A stretch of 64,000 nucleotides of DNA from a virus (taxonomy: Duplodnaviria > Heunggongvirae > Uroviricota > Caudoviricetes), in IMG/VR virus record IMGVR_UViG_3300044638_009648, one strand, 5' to 3'. The position numbers and the translations under genes are program-made. Every line of letters begins with the position of its first letter. Within the stretch, counting starts at the first letter, position 1. Positions 41,824 to 50,968 of this stretch are shown here, piece by piece. Under the pieces are notes generated by a model. It saw only the letters and a list, made by a program, of their open reading frames with translations, did not search any database and was not told where the DNA came from.

Positions 41824-41964
41824 TTATTTTTTATTATAATATTTTTCAACCGTTTTTTTTATGGCATCTTTAACATTCTCCTGAACAGTAACACGTTGAG
41901 CCGCAGCTTTGGCAGCAACCTGCTCTGGTGTTTGATTTCCTTTGTGCTTACATCCACAACCCAT
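41824..41964 (-). CDS. Candidate small protein (46 aa) beginning MGCGCKHKG
   Basis: Hand-translated minus-strand ORF below the track cutoff, in an otherwise empty 280-nt gap. Confidence 0.2.
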   Translation of the reverse strand: MGCGCKHKGNQTPEQVAAKAAAQRVTVQENVKDAIKKTVEKYYNKK

Positions 41965-42040
41965 ACTTTATATCTATTTTGAAGTTTATATCAATAAATA
42001 TAAGATTAGTTTTATATTTATCAATTAGAACATTATTAAA

Positions 42041-43048
42041 ATGGATACAGATTATTTAAGATATCATAAAGAATGGGAATTAGGTCCTGATTTAAGCGAA
42101 TTGGGAAAACGTGCAAATGCTTTATTTCAATTTCTTATTGAAAGTGGCGAGCTGAAACAAGCAGATGATGATACCCAGGAAGAGATTAACAGATTACAAA
42201 AAAGAAAATTCGAGCTAGAAAAAGAAATCGAAAAATCTGATTCACCAACTCCAGAATTAGTATCGCAACTTGGTCAAATTGAACAAGAATTAGAAGCTTA
42301 TTATGAAGAATATTCAGATGTGTATGATATTGAACTGGATGATGAAACCTACTATGACCATGTTCATCTTTTCAATATCCCTAAAATAGAACAATCTTAT
42401 ATGGTTGGGGAAGATTTCGAAATGGAAGATGCGGCAACCGAATATTTGAAACAACTTTTTGATGATATTGGTTACAGCCATTTACCAGATTGGCTTCTCG
42501 AAAGTGCAATAAATGAAGATGATGTTGTATCTACCTTTAAAGAATCGTTTGAGCAATCGGTTCGTGAAGAACCCGAAAATTATTTAGATGATAGTGATAA
42601 AGAATTAACCAATTTACAAAAAAGATATTTTCAAAGTTACTCAAAACAACTAGAAAATCTAAATAAAAAAATTAGTGCTATCCAAGAAATTTTGAAGAAT
42701 ACTAAAGATGATGAAAAAAAAGAAATGCTCAAAAATTTTTCAGAAAGTCTTGATAGAGAGTTTGAATATTTAGATGAAAAGATAACAGAAATTACTGATA
42801 ATCCAGAGGGTGATTATAAACCAGAAGCTATAGAAGATTTGATTGAGTTAATGGTTGACCGTGCGAAAGATGATGTAATAGGTACTATGAAAGAATATGA
42901 TTTAGAAATGGAAAATTATATTGATAAAGATGAAGTTGTTCGTTTGGTTCTCAGAAATGATGGTTTAGAAACTATGTCAAGTTATGATGGTCAAGTGAAT
43001 GAAGAAATTGTTGATGGTACGGTTTTCTACATAATTCGTGTTGAATAA
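42041..43048 (+). CDS. Highly acidic hypothetical protein
   Basis: 335 aa, D/E rich, coiled-coil-like. Confidence 0.45.
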   Translation: MDTDYLRYHKEWELGPDLSELGKRANALFQFLIESGELKQADDDTQEEINRLQKRKFELEKEIEKSDSPTPELVSQLGQIEQELEAYYEEYSDVYDIELDDETYYDHVHLFNIPKIEQSYMVGEDFEMEDAATEYLKQLFDDIGYSHLPDWLLESAINEDDVVSTFKESFEQSVREEPENYLDDSDKELTNLQKRYFQSYSKQLENLNKKISAIQEILKNTKDDEKKEMLKNFSESLDREFEYLDEKITEITDNPEGDYKPEAIEDLIELMVDRAKDDVIGTMKEYDLEMENYIDKDEVVRLVLRNDGLETMSSYDGQVNEEIVDGTVFYIIRVE

Positions 43049-43075
43049 AAAAAAAATATATGCTATATTTTATTA

Positions 43076-43849
43076 ATGAGCAGAAAAAAACAACATTTTA
43101 AACTTAAACCAGATTGGATGTTTTCTCAACCAATCGATTTTGAGTTTAACAAGTATACACTTTTGGATTACATACAAAAATGCGAGACCAGTTTTGATAA
43201 TTTTAAAATTTATCCCGACTTCGTTGAAGTTTCTCTGCATTTGGCAAATTTGCAATCTTTGATGAAAGAAAGAACTCTATTACTTACTAATAAAAAATTT
43301 GAACACCCTGATGATGAAATTTTAGTAAAAGAATTGTACCCAAAAAGGATTACAGGTTTGACCGAAGATGAATTTGTTGAAATTGAAAAAACAATTATGT
43401 ATTCAGGAAATAGATTATTGGATACTTTCAACATTGGTAAATCAATTTGGTCAATAGTATATGAATCCACAGCAATCAATTTGAAAAAAAACAAAAAAAC
43501 TTTGAACTCTGGGAGAGGTTTTGTTTATTTGCCAATTAAAGATGATAAAAAAGTTTTAGTTTGGGAATTTTTTTTAAAAAAATATAAAGGTGATACAAAA
43601 ATGTATTTGAAACTCATCTGGGAAGGAGACCCACAAGGATTAAAGATTTTTGACATATGTTTAGAAAAAACAACTTGGTTGGACCAAGAAATTTATAAAT
43701 TACCAATGTTCGAAGTCATAAGTAATAATAAATTTCCATTGGAAGAAACTCTAATACCTATAATTAAACGAAAAGTTTTTGGGTACATATACCAAACGGT
43801 ACCTACCAAAGAAATTTTACATTTTGATAGTTCCAAATTAATTTCTTAA
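43076..43849 (+). CDS. Hypothetical protein
   Basis: 257-aa ORF. Confidence 0.45.
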   Translation: MSRKKQHFKLKPDWMFSQPIDFEFNKYTLLDYIQKCETSFDNFKIYPDFVEVSLHLANLQSLMKERTLLLTNKKFEHPDDEILVKELYPKRITGLTEDEFVEIEKTIMYSGNRLLDTFNIGKSIWSIVYESTAINLKKNKKTLNSGRGFVYLPIKDDKKVLVWEFFLKKYKGDTKMYLKLIWEGDPQGLKIFDICLEKTTWLDQEIYKLPMFEVISNNKFPLEETLIPIIKRKVFGYIYQTVPTKEILHFDSSKLIS

Positions 43850-43858
43850 ATTTGTTCC

Positions 43859-44056
43859 ATGGGATTCACAAAACGATTTATTAGCAAAGAAGAAACAAAA
43901 ACAAATCTTATTAACAAATCAATTTCATCTCTTTTCAAAAAAGGAGACGTTTTTGTTTTTTATGACGATTTGTCTCTTAGAGTTTATGAAAGTTACCTTT
44001 TAGGTTTGACAGACCAAGAATTATTTAATATGTTTGAAAAAGAAATAATAAATTAA
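43859..44056 (+). CDS. Small hypothetical protein
   Basis: 65-aa ORF. Confidence 0.3.
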   Translation: MGFTKRFISKEETKTNLINKSISSLFKKGDVFVFYDDLSLRVYESYLLGLTDQELFNMFEKEIIN

Positions 44057-44058
44057 TT

Positions 44059-44268
44059 ATGAAATGCATCAAAGCCCTCCGGGACAACAACAGTTATAAA
44101 AAGGATTACATTACCCGAGTTGAAAATAAAGAAGCAGATTTAAAAGTTTCAACTGGATATTGGACATTTATCCCTAAATTAGAATGGAAGATTGAAACTC
44201 GTGGTGAGACAATTTCTGCACCACCAAAAACTTCCACCAAAAAAAACAAAACAAAAAAACAGAAATGA
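44059..44268 (+). CDS. Small protein with basic KKNKTKKQK tail
   Basis: 69-aa ORF. Confidence 0.3.
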   Translation: MKCIKALRDNNSYKKDYITRVENKEADLKVSTGYWTFIPKLEWKIETRGETISAPPKTSTKKNKTKKQK

Positions 44269-44462
44269 TGGAAGTTGACCAGCAAACCCTGAAAATCTTG
44301 TTAGACAAATTGAATCGTCCAGTCCATATAAGTTACATTGCTAGATATATTTTGAAGCAGGAGGTTGATTTGACTATGAAAGTGATTAATCAATTGATTG
44401 CTCAAGGTCAAGTTGAAGAAAGTCAATCCGGAAAGGAGTATTATGTTCGTAAGTCAAGCTAG
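44265..44462 (+). CDS. Small hypothetical protein
   Basis: 65-aa ORF. Confidence 0.3.
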   Translation: MMEVDQQTLKILLDKLNRPVHISYIARYILKQEVDLTMKVINQLIAQGQVEESQSGKEYYVRKSS

Positions 44463-44657
44463 TATTTTCAATAAACATCATTGGGCTTTTTCTCTCAGAG
44501 TATTCAAATTACCAGTATTTGCATTTCAACTTTCAAAAGAATCTTTTTGGTTTAGAATTTTTGGTCATGGTTTGTCAGCAACATCTAAACCTTTGTTTAG
44601 TGTTAGAAACGGGTATAAAAAATATTTGAAACTGGGTAAATTTTATTTTGTATTTTT

Positions 44658-45824
44658 ATGAAGATTAAATTAGAATATGTATGGCTTGACGGTTATTCCC
44701 CGGAGCCTAATCTTAGAAGTAAGGTTAAAGTAATAGACACACCTCACCAGGAAGGTAGAATTACCTTGGATGATTGCCCTGAGTGGAGCTTCGATGGTTC
44801 GTCAACGCGACAAGCTGAAGGCAAGTTTTCTGACTGCATTTTGAAACCGGTGAGAGTTTATGAAAATATCCTTAACAAAGGGTATTTGAAATCATACTTT
44901 GTTTTGTGTGAGGTTATGAACCCTGATGGTACGCCTCACATTACCAACACCAGAGCAAATGTGGGTGAAGAAGAAGTAGGTCTTTGGTTCGGTTTTGAGC
45001 AAGAGTATACCATCTACCAAAACGGTAGACCTCTAGGATTTCCCAAGAACGGTTATCCCGAACCCCAGGGCAAATACTACTGCGGTGTGGGCAACGGACA
45101 GGTTCACGGACGAGAGTTTGTTGACAATCACATGGAGATGTGCATCAAAGCTGGAATTGAAATCACCGGAACCAACGCAGAAGTGTTGCTAGGTCAGTGG
45201 GAGTTCCAGGTTTTCAGCAAAGGAAAACTCAAAGCTGGTGATGACCTTTGGATGGCTCGTTATATTCTCCTGCAGATGAGCGAAGAGTACGGATTCAAAA
45301 TCGAATTCCACCCCAAACCAGTACAAGGTGATTGGAATGGTTCTGGACTTCACTGCAACTTCTCTAATGATAGAATGCGTGAAGAGGGGGGTGAAGAATA
45401 CTTCAATAACATCTTCCGTTCTTTTGATGTGCGTCACCAAGAACACATCCAAAACTATGGTTCGGAAAACAACCTTCGTTTAACTGGTAAACATGAAACG
45501 CAATCCATTGACACATTCAGTTGGGGTGTTTCGGACCGTGGTGCTTCAATCCGTGTTCCACTAGCTACTTCTAAGGAATGGAAAGGATATGTTGAAGACC
45601 GTCGTCCAGCATCGAATGGTGACCCTTATAAGATTGTTCGTGTAATTGCTGAGGCTTTGGACTTTGCTCTGCAGTTGGACAAAATAAATCACACAATAAA
45701 CAGCAAGATTGATGTTGAAAAAGCTAAGGAAATGCTTGCTTTTCTTGGTATTAACTACAATTTAGATAACCGTCATGATTACGACGAAGAAGAGCGTACC
45801 ATTGATAATATTGGAAAGGAATAA
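44658..45824 (+). CDS. glnII: Glutamine synthetase type II (eukaryote-like GSII)
   Basis: Near-colinear match to GSII over the whole length: FDGSSTRQAEGKFSD ... LCEV ... FEQEYT ... GFPKNGYPEPQGKYYCGVG ... GTNAEV ... QWEFQ ... RLTGKHETQSIDTFSWGVSDRGASIRVP ... KGYVEDRRPASNGDPY. Confidence 0.9.
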   Translation: MKIKLEYVWLDGYSPEPNLRSKVKVIDTPHQEGRITLDDCPEWSFDGSSTRQAEGKFSDCILKPVRVYENILNKGYLKSYFVLCEVMNPDGTPHITNTRANVGEEEVGLWFGFEQEYTIYQNGRPLGFPKNGYPEPQGKYYCGVGNGQVHGREFVDNHMEMCIKAGIEITGTNAEVLLGQWEFQVFSKGKLKAGDDLWMARYILLQMSEEYGFKIEFHPKPVQGDWNGSGLHCNFSNDRMREEGGEEYFNNIFRSFDVRHQEHIQNYGSENNLRLTGKHETQSIDTFSWGVSDRGASIRVPLATSKEWKGYVEDRRPASNGDPYKIVRVIAEALDFALQLDKINHTINSKIDVEKAKEMLAFLGINYNLDNRHDYDEEERTIDNIGKE

Positions 45825-46453
45825 TGAGTAAACCTTATATTCAACAACATTTAACCTATACAGAAGACGGTAGGTTGATGGACGAGACCGGACAAGCGGT
45901 CATGATGGAATGGGAACGTCCCATAATGGCACAAGCCGCTGAGGTTATCTGCAGAAAAGGTGGTAGAGTATTGAACGTAGGTTTTGGTATGGGTATTATC
46001 GATACCGAAATTGAGAAGTATGAAATTCAAGAACATTGGATTATTGAACCTCACTTGGATGTGTTTACCAAGATGATGAATGATGGTTGGCATTTGAAAC
46101 CCCATGTGAGAATCCTGCATGGTGACTGGCAGTGGTTTATGAAATACCTTCCAGAGTTTGATGGGGTTTACATTGACACCTGGAACGAGGAGATTTATGA
46201 TTTTCTTCGCAACTCACCAGCATTTTTGAAAAAAGATGGTATTCTGTCGTTCTTCAACAATCCAAGAGCTGATGAGAAAGGTCTGCACATGACCCAGGAG
46301 CACTATGATATTTTAAACCCAATTTTCAATATTGAGTTTGAAACAATTCAACTTGAAGATATCGATGGACCTGAAATGCAAACTGCTGATGGTAGATACT
46401 ATTGGCATCCCGATTGGAAAACCTATTACTGTCCCATTTTAACTTTGAAATAA
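45824..46453 (+). CDS. Class-I SAM-dependent-fold protein with spermidine-synthase-like (aminopropyltransferase) architecture
   Basis: VLNVGFGMGIIDTEIEKYEIQEHWIIEPHLDV ... ILHGDWQWF ... FDGVYIDTWNE parallels vLiiGgGDGGvlREv ... EID ... gDg ... FDVIIvDSSDP. The Asp of the GGGDGG motif is absent. Confidence 0.45.
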   Translation: MSKPYIQQHLTYTEDGRLMDETGQAVMMEWERPIMAQAAEVICRKGGRVLNVGFGMGIIDTEIEKYEIQEHWIIEPHLDVFTKMMNDGWHLKPHVRILHGDWQWFMKYLPEFDGVYIDTWNEEIYDFLRNSPAFLKKDGILSFFNNPRADEKGLHMTQEHYDILNPIFNIEFETIQLEDIDGPEMQTADGRYYWHPDWKTYYCPILTLK

Positions 46454-46454
46454 T

Positions 46455-46754
46455 ATGTCTGAAAACAAAGGAAATTTTGAACTGAAAACTATTTTAAGGT
46501 CAGATGTTAAGAAAATGTCTGAAAACCAACAAAATTATGAATATGTAAATCACCCTAACCATTATGGAGGAGCATCGAATGTTTATGAAGTCATCAAGGT
46601 TATTGAAGCCCTTGAAATGGATTTTCATCTCGGCAACACTTTTAAGTACATTGCTAGAGCAGGAAAAAAAGAAACTGATAGAGAAATTCAAGATTTAAAG
46701 AAAGCTCTCTGGTATCTTCAACGAAAGATTCAACTTTTAGAATCGAAACAATGA
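46455..46754 (+). CDS. DUF3310-family phage protein (putative)
   Basis: VNHPNHYGG ... VIKVIEAL ... GNTFKYIARAGKK ... DLKKALWYL resembles the DUF3310 consensus. Confidence 0.45.
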   Translation: MSENKGNFELKTILRSDVKKMSENQQNYEYVNHPNHYGGASNVYEVIKVIEALEMDFHLGNTFKYIARAGKKETDREIQDLKKALWYLQRKIQLLESKQ

Positions 46755-46918
46755 TAGTATACCTTCTATGGGGTGTAATATTTGGTATGATGTTTCATTT
46801 AGCAATGTTAACATCCAAGCAAGAAGTAGTTTTCACTGAAATTCTTATAGTCATTTTGGCTTGGCCAGTAATGTTATTGTTCATTGCTATCGGTGTTATA
46901 AATGAATTGATGAAATAA
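46751..46918 (+). CDS. Small two-TM membrane protein (55 aa)
   Basis: Hand-translated ORF whose ATG overlaps the upstream stop (ATGA); hydrophobic throughout. Confidence 0.3.
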   Translation: MIVYLLWGVIFGMMFHLAMLTSKQEVVFTEILIVILAWPVMLLFIAIGVINELMK

Positions 46919-46984
46919 ATATTTTTTTGGTGGATAAGAAATTTTGTTGTAGCTTTGAGGTGTTGAATCATTAAAATTAAAAAA

Positions 46985-47296
46985 ATGACCCAATCACAAC
47001 AAATTGAGGTAGTCCGAAAAGTCGTAGAGGATTACTGCTCGAAAGAAATGTACCTCACCCATGGTTTTATGCCATCGGACGAGGAGTATCAACACATTCT
47101 CAGCATTGGAGAGAGTATCCTTTGTACAAAATGGAATGTCGGACACCCTGGTGGTGGATTTGTGAAAGCCGTAGTTGATAACAATTTACAACTAGCTTAC
47201 AATAGGGCTGATTTTATTAATCGCAAATATTTGCAATTATACGTTGGCCTTATCCAAAGTGTTTCGTATCCGCAAGAACTAACTTCTAAATCTTAA
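46985..47296 (+). CDS. Hypothetical protein
   Basis: 103-aa ORF. Confidence 0.4.
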   Translation: MTQSQQIEVVRKVVEDYCSKEMYLTHGFMPSDEEYQHILSIGESILCTKWNVGHPGGGFVKAVVDNNLQLAYNRADFINRKYLQLYVGLIQSVSYPQELTSKS

Positions 47297-47300
47297 ATCA

Positions 47301-47564
47301 ATGCCTGATTTTACTGCTGAAATTGATATTGACCCGGATGAGTTTGTGTCCGAATGTTCATCATCTGAAATCAAACGTCTTATCAAAGTTCTGATTGAAG
47401 ATGGTCACATCATGCCTCACATGATAAAAACCGATGAAGACCCAAATCTACCAAATATCCTCGATGAAGAGTGGGATGTGATTTGTGAAAAGATTCGTAA
47501 GTCTCGATTGGTTATACCTCAGAGTGATGAGGAAACAATTCGTGAAATATTTAAAAAATTGTAA
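47301..47564 (+). CDS. Hypothetical acidic protein
   Basis: 87-aa ORF. Confidence 0.4.
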   Translation: MPDFTAEIDIDPDEFVSECSSSEIKRLIKVLIEDGHIMPHMIKTDEDPNLPNILDEEWDVICEKIRKSRLVIPQSDEETIREIFKKL

Positions 47565-47565
47565 A

Positions 47566-47748
47566 ATGAATGATTTACAATGGTGGGGTTATCTTCATGT
47601 TGAGGGTTCTCTACAAGTAAAACGATACTTTGGTCCTGAAGACGTTAAGGAAGCTATGGAAAGCCCCTTCGTAGCTTTAGTTTATGGACCCTTCATAGCG
47701 GACGGTATAGAACAAGCTCTGCAGATTTTATCGGAACACTTGGGTTAA
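47566..47748 (+). CDS. Small hypothetical protein
   Basis: Start moved to the ATG after the upstream stop (MNDLQWWGY...). A terminator follows. Confidence 0.35.
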   Translation: MNDLQWWGYLHVEGSLQVKRYFGPEDVKEAMESPFVALVYGPFIADGIEQALQILSEHLG

Positions 47749-47774
47749 GTGTGTTTTTGTTTTTCATGGGAAAC

Positions 47775-47801
47775 CTCCATCTGCAAAGGTGGGGGTTTTT
47801 T
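47775..47801 (+). terminator. Intrinsic terminator (weaker stem)
   Basis: CCTCCA ... TGGGGG (one G-U pair) followed by TTTTTT. Confidence 0.45.
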
Positions 47802-47818
47802 ATTTCAGTAATTTTTAA

Positions 47819-47833
47819 TATCTTTGTACTATG
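47819..47833 (+). promoter_or_regulatory. TATCTTTG-N4-ATG promoter/start arrangement
   Basis: Motif at 47819-47826, ATG at 47831; immediately downstream of a terminator. Confidence 0.5.
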
Positions 47834-48451
47834 ATTGACAACCTATATCAAATCAAGTCCCTGCTTAACTTCGAAAAGGATGGGGACTTTTACATGCTTT
47901 ACGTTTTGAAGCGTAAGAAAGACCAAACCACTGACAAGTCCAACCACCAATCCGTTAGGACAATTAAGACTTATTGTGTTGAAAGTGTTGAATACCTTGA
48001 GAAACGATATGATGAGATAAAAGAACTTTGTGAGATGTTCAAAGCCAGGGCATATATTCATGTTCAAAAGCAAAGTCACCACGACGTATCATTGAATATG
48101 TTGGTTGCTCTAGCAGAGCGTATTCGTAATGGTCAACACCGCCAGCAACACTTATTTGATTCTGTTGTGGGTCAATTGAAAACTTTGGAAAAGCGATGGA
48201 TTATTGATATCGATGGAATATCAATTGATGGTTTTGCTCATGCTCCTTTCTATAAGGAAATGCGTCGGTACATAAGTGAACTGCAAGATGAAACTGGTAA
48301 GGAAGTTGAGATGACTTTCATCCCAACTAGGGCTGGGTTTCATATTATTGCCTCACCTTTTAATCTACAAAAGTTCAAAGAGCGTTATCCCGAGGTTGAA
48401 GTGCATAAAAAAAATCCGACACTTTTGTTTCTTCCAGATAGTTTAAATTGA
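47831..48451 (+). CDS. Hypothetical protein; first gene of the RNA repair cassette
   Basis: ATG 4 nt after a TATCTTTG motif; function unknown. Confidence 0.45.
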   Translation: MIDNLYQIKSLLNFEKDGDFYMLYVLKRKKDQTTDKSNHQSVRTIKTYCVESVEYLEKRYDEIKELCEMFKARAYIHVQKQSHHDVSLNMLVALAERIRNGQHRQQHLFDSVVGQLKTLEKRWIIDIDGISIDGFAHAPFYKEMRRYISELQDETGKEVEMTFIPTRAGFHIIASPFNLQKFKERYPEVEVHKKNPTLLFLPDSLN

Positions 48452-48452
48452 T

Positions 48453-48467
48453 TATCTTTGTAAGATG
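48453..48467 (+). promoter_or_regulatory. TATCTTTG-N4-ATG promoter/start arrangement
   Basis: Motif at 48453-48460, ATG at 48465 (RNA ligase). Confidence 0.5.
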
Positions 48468-49538
48468 AATATTGAAACACTCAATCGGTATCACGAAGAT
48501 GGATTGCTGTATAAACAAACCCATCCCACACTCCCTTTGACTATATGGAACTATAATGAAAAAGTCCAGTACGAAGGGTTGTGGGATGAGGTGACTCTGC
48601 AATGTCGAGGTTTAATTACTGAAGATACTACCGGTACGATTTTGGTTCGCCCTTTCAATAAGTTCTTTAATTACGAGGAGGTTGTTGGAAAGGGTATGAT
48701 ACCTACAAAAGGTGACTATGTGTACATCCAAGAAAAGATGGATGGGTCCTTGGGTATTCTTTTCAACTACAAAGATGAATGGATTATGGCAACTCGTGGT
48801 TCATTTACCTCTGAACAAGCCATAAAAGGTCTTGAGATTGTTAAATCTAAGTATTTCTTGGTTTCATGGGCTAAGGAATATGCTTACTTGGTAGAAATCA
48901 TCTACCCTGAAAACCGTATCGTTGTTGACTACGGTGAGGAAAAGGTAACTTTTTTATCTGTGGTTTTGAATGAGAGTTGGAAATGGAAACCAACGGACGA
49001 CACTGAACTACACTGGACTACCGCAAAGATGATTCTACATGCTAACGGTGTTAAAGATAATTTGGTAAAAACCGAACAACACTTCAACTTCTCTGATGAG
49101 TTATACAAGTCGTTGAAAGAAAAGAACGAAACCAACAAAGAAGGTTTTGTTCTTAGATTCCAACCTGGTAACTTCAGGATGAAAATTAAGTTTGAAGAAT
49201 ATGTTCGTCTCCATAAAGTTATGACCAACCTGTCGACAACTGCGGTTTGGGAGGTATTATCCAACGGTGGTAATATTGATGACTTGTTGAAGGATGTGCC
49301 TGATGAGTTTTATTCCAAAATCAATGACTATGAGAAATCTTTGATTATTCAGTTTAACAACTTGGAAGAGGAATACCAAAACCACTTTGATTCTATCAGA
49401 AGATTGGGTAATAGAAAGTTATTTGCTCAGTGTGCGGTCATGTTTCAACACCCATCAATATTGTTTGGTATGTTGGATGGTAAAAACATTTCTTCTATAA
49501 TTTGGAAGATTATCAAGCCGGAATTTCGTAAGTTGTAA
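48465..49538 (+). CDS. ATP-dependent RNA ligase, Rnl1-like
   Basis: Nucleotidyltransferase motif I VYIQEKMDGSLGILF (compare T4 Rnl1 KEDGSL); 357 aa. Confidence 0.62.
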   Translation: MNIETLNRYHEDGLLYKQTHPTLPLTIWNYNEKVQYEGLWDEVTLQCRGLITEDTTGTILVRPFNKFFNYEEVVGKGMIPTKGDYVYIQEKMDGSLGILFNYKDEWIMATRGSFTSEQAIKGLEIVKSKYFLVSWAKEYAYLVEIIYPENRIVVDYGEEKVTFLSVVLNESWKWKPTDDTELHWTTAKMILHANGVKDNLVKTEQHFNFSDELYKSLKEKNETNKEGFVLRFQPGNFRMKIKFEEYVRLHKVMTNLSTTAVWEVLSNGGNIDDLLKDVPDEFYSKINDYEKSLIIQFNNLEEEYQNHFDSIRRLGNRKLFAQCAVMFQHPSILFGMLDGKNISSIIWKIIKPEFRKL

Positions 49539-49547
49539 AACAATTCG

Positions 49548-49562
49548 TATCTTTGTTGTATG
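49548..49562 (+). promoter_or_regulatory. TATCTTTG-N4-ATG promoter/start arrangement
   Basis: Motif at 49548-49555, ATG at 49560 (phosphoesterase). Confidence 0.5.
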
Positions 49563-50207
49563 AAAATCGTATTAGAAAAAGGACAGGGTCTGTTTTTCAC
49601 ATCAGACACTCACTACAACCACGGGAACATTTGTCGTGCCACCACCAAATGGGTGGGTGCTGACAACCTGACCCGTGATTATAAGTCCTTGGACCATATG
49701 AACGATACGTTGGTGAATCGAATCAATGAGATGGTGGGTGAGAACGATATCTTGGTTCACTTGGGTGACTGGTCGTTCGGTGGATTTGAATCTATTGCTG
49801 AGTTCCGTAGTCGGATTCTTTGTAAGAACATTCACCTGACTTTCGGTAACCACGACCACCACATCCGTAGAAACAAGGGTGATATCCAAGACATCTTTTC
49901 ATCTTGTCAGGACTACCTTCACTTGGATATTCGCAAGCCCATGGGCAAAGAGGTTTTGAAATATTCGATGGTGTGTATGCACTATCCGATTGCCTCATGG
50001 GACGGAATGAATGACGGTGTTGTTCACCTTCACGGACACGTTCACCTTCCACCCAACCTTCGTATCAACGAGGGTAGAGCCATGGATGTTGGTGTTGATG
50101 GAAACGACCTTTACCCAATTTCTTTTGAGGAAATCCGAAACATTATGAAAGACCGTCCTTGCCGAAAATTGACTTTACCTAAAGACCACCACGAAAAAAG
50201 ATTGTAA
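49560..50207 (+). CDS. Calcineurin-like metallophosphoesterase (candidate 3'-phosphatase / 2',3'-cyclic phosphodiesterase)
   Basis: DTHYNHG, HLGDWSFGG, FGNHDHH, HLHGHVH motifs. Confidence 0.7.
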   Translation: MKIVLEKGQGLFFTSDTHYNHGNICRATTKWVGADNLTRDYKSLDHMNDTLVNRINEMVGENDILVHLGDWSFGGFESIAEFRSRILCKNIHLTFGNHDHHIRRNKGDIQDIFSSCQDYLHLDIRKPMGKEVLKYSMVCMHYPIASWDGMNDGVVHLHGHVHLPPNLRINEGRAMDVGVDGNDLYPISFEEIRNIMKDRPCRKLTLPKDHHEKRL

Positions 50208-50211
50208 AATT

Positions 50212-50631
50212 ATGATACCAAAAATATTAACGTTAGTAAGGGGATTGCCAGGAAGTGGTAAATCAACATTTGCAAATTTTATTTGGAATGAGTATGCAAT
50301 ATGTGAAGCTGATAAGTTTTTTTATGATTCGGAAGGACATTATGTATTTGATGCAAGTAAATTAAGGGAAGCTCATAAGTGGTGTAGAGATGAAGTTGAA
50401 ACCCGTATGAAGGATAATGAAGTAAACCCACAATACTATCCTGAAATTGTAGTATCCAATACATTTACTCAAGAGTGGGAAATGGAAGAGTATTTTAAAT
50501 TAGCTGAGAAGTATGGATATATGGTATTCACTATTGTAGTGGAAAACCGACATGGTGGAGTAAATCAACATGGAGTACCTGAAGAAAAGTTAGAGCAAAT
50601 GAAAAATAGGTTTGAAATCAAAATAATTTAA
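50212..50631 (+). CDS. Polynucleotide 5'-kinase (T4 Pnk kinase-domain-like P-loop kinase)
   Basis: MIPKILTLVRGLPGSGKSTFANF parallels T4 Pnk [22 protein letters not shown]. Confidence 0.7.
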   Translation: MIPKILTLVRGLPGSGKSTFANFIWNEYAICEADKFFYDSEGHYVFDASKLREAHKWCRDEVETRMKDNEVNPQYYPEIVVSNTFTQEWEMEEYFKLAEKYGYMVFTIVVENRHGGVNQHGVPEEKLEQMKNRFEIKII

Positions 50632-50632
50632 A

Positions 50633-50968
50633 ATGGAAAAAAAACTAGGAAAAATTGAATCGGTGAGATTCGGACATGGTGGTTACCAAGACGCATGTAT
50701 TGGTTTGTCGGTCACTCTAGGCGGTACTGGTTGGGGTGTGGGAGACTTTAAAGGGAGTTGGGACCCAGAGATGATTAAATCCTCTGAGCACACCCAATGG
50801 ACAGAAAAGGATAGAACAAACAACATCGATGAAACAGTTCGTTTTGTATCAAAACTTTTGAGTAATGCAAAAGTTAACAGTGTGGATAGACTTAAAGGCG
50901 TACCAGTTGAAGCAACTTTTGATGGTAATCTTTTGAAAGAGTGGCGAATTTTAACTGAAGTGCTATGA
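50633..50968 (+). CDS. Hypothetical protein
   Basis: 111-aa ORF. Confidence 0.4.
   Translation: MEKKLGKIESVRFGHGGYQDACIGLSVTLGGTGWGVGDFKGSWDPEMIKSSEHTQWTEKDRTNNIDETVRFVSKLLSNAKVNSVDRLKGVPVEATFDGNLLKEWRILTEVL

Noticed and set aside
47566-47748. ORF-track start at 47485 for this gene
   Set aside because: The upstream 27 codons overlap the preceding gene in another frame. The first ATG after the upstream stop (47566) is used instead.
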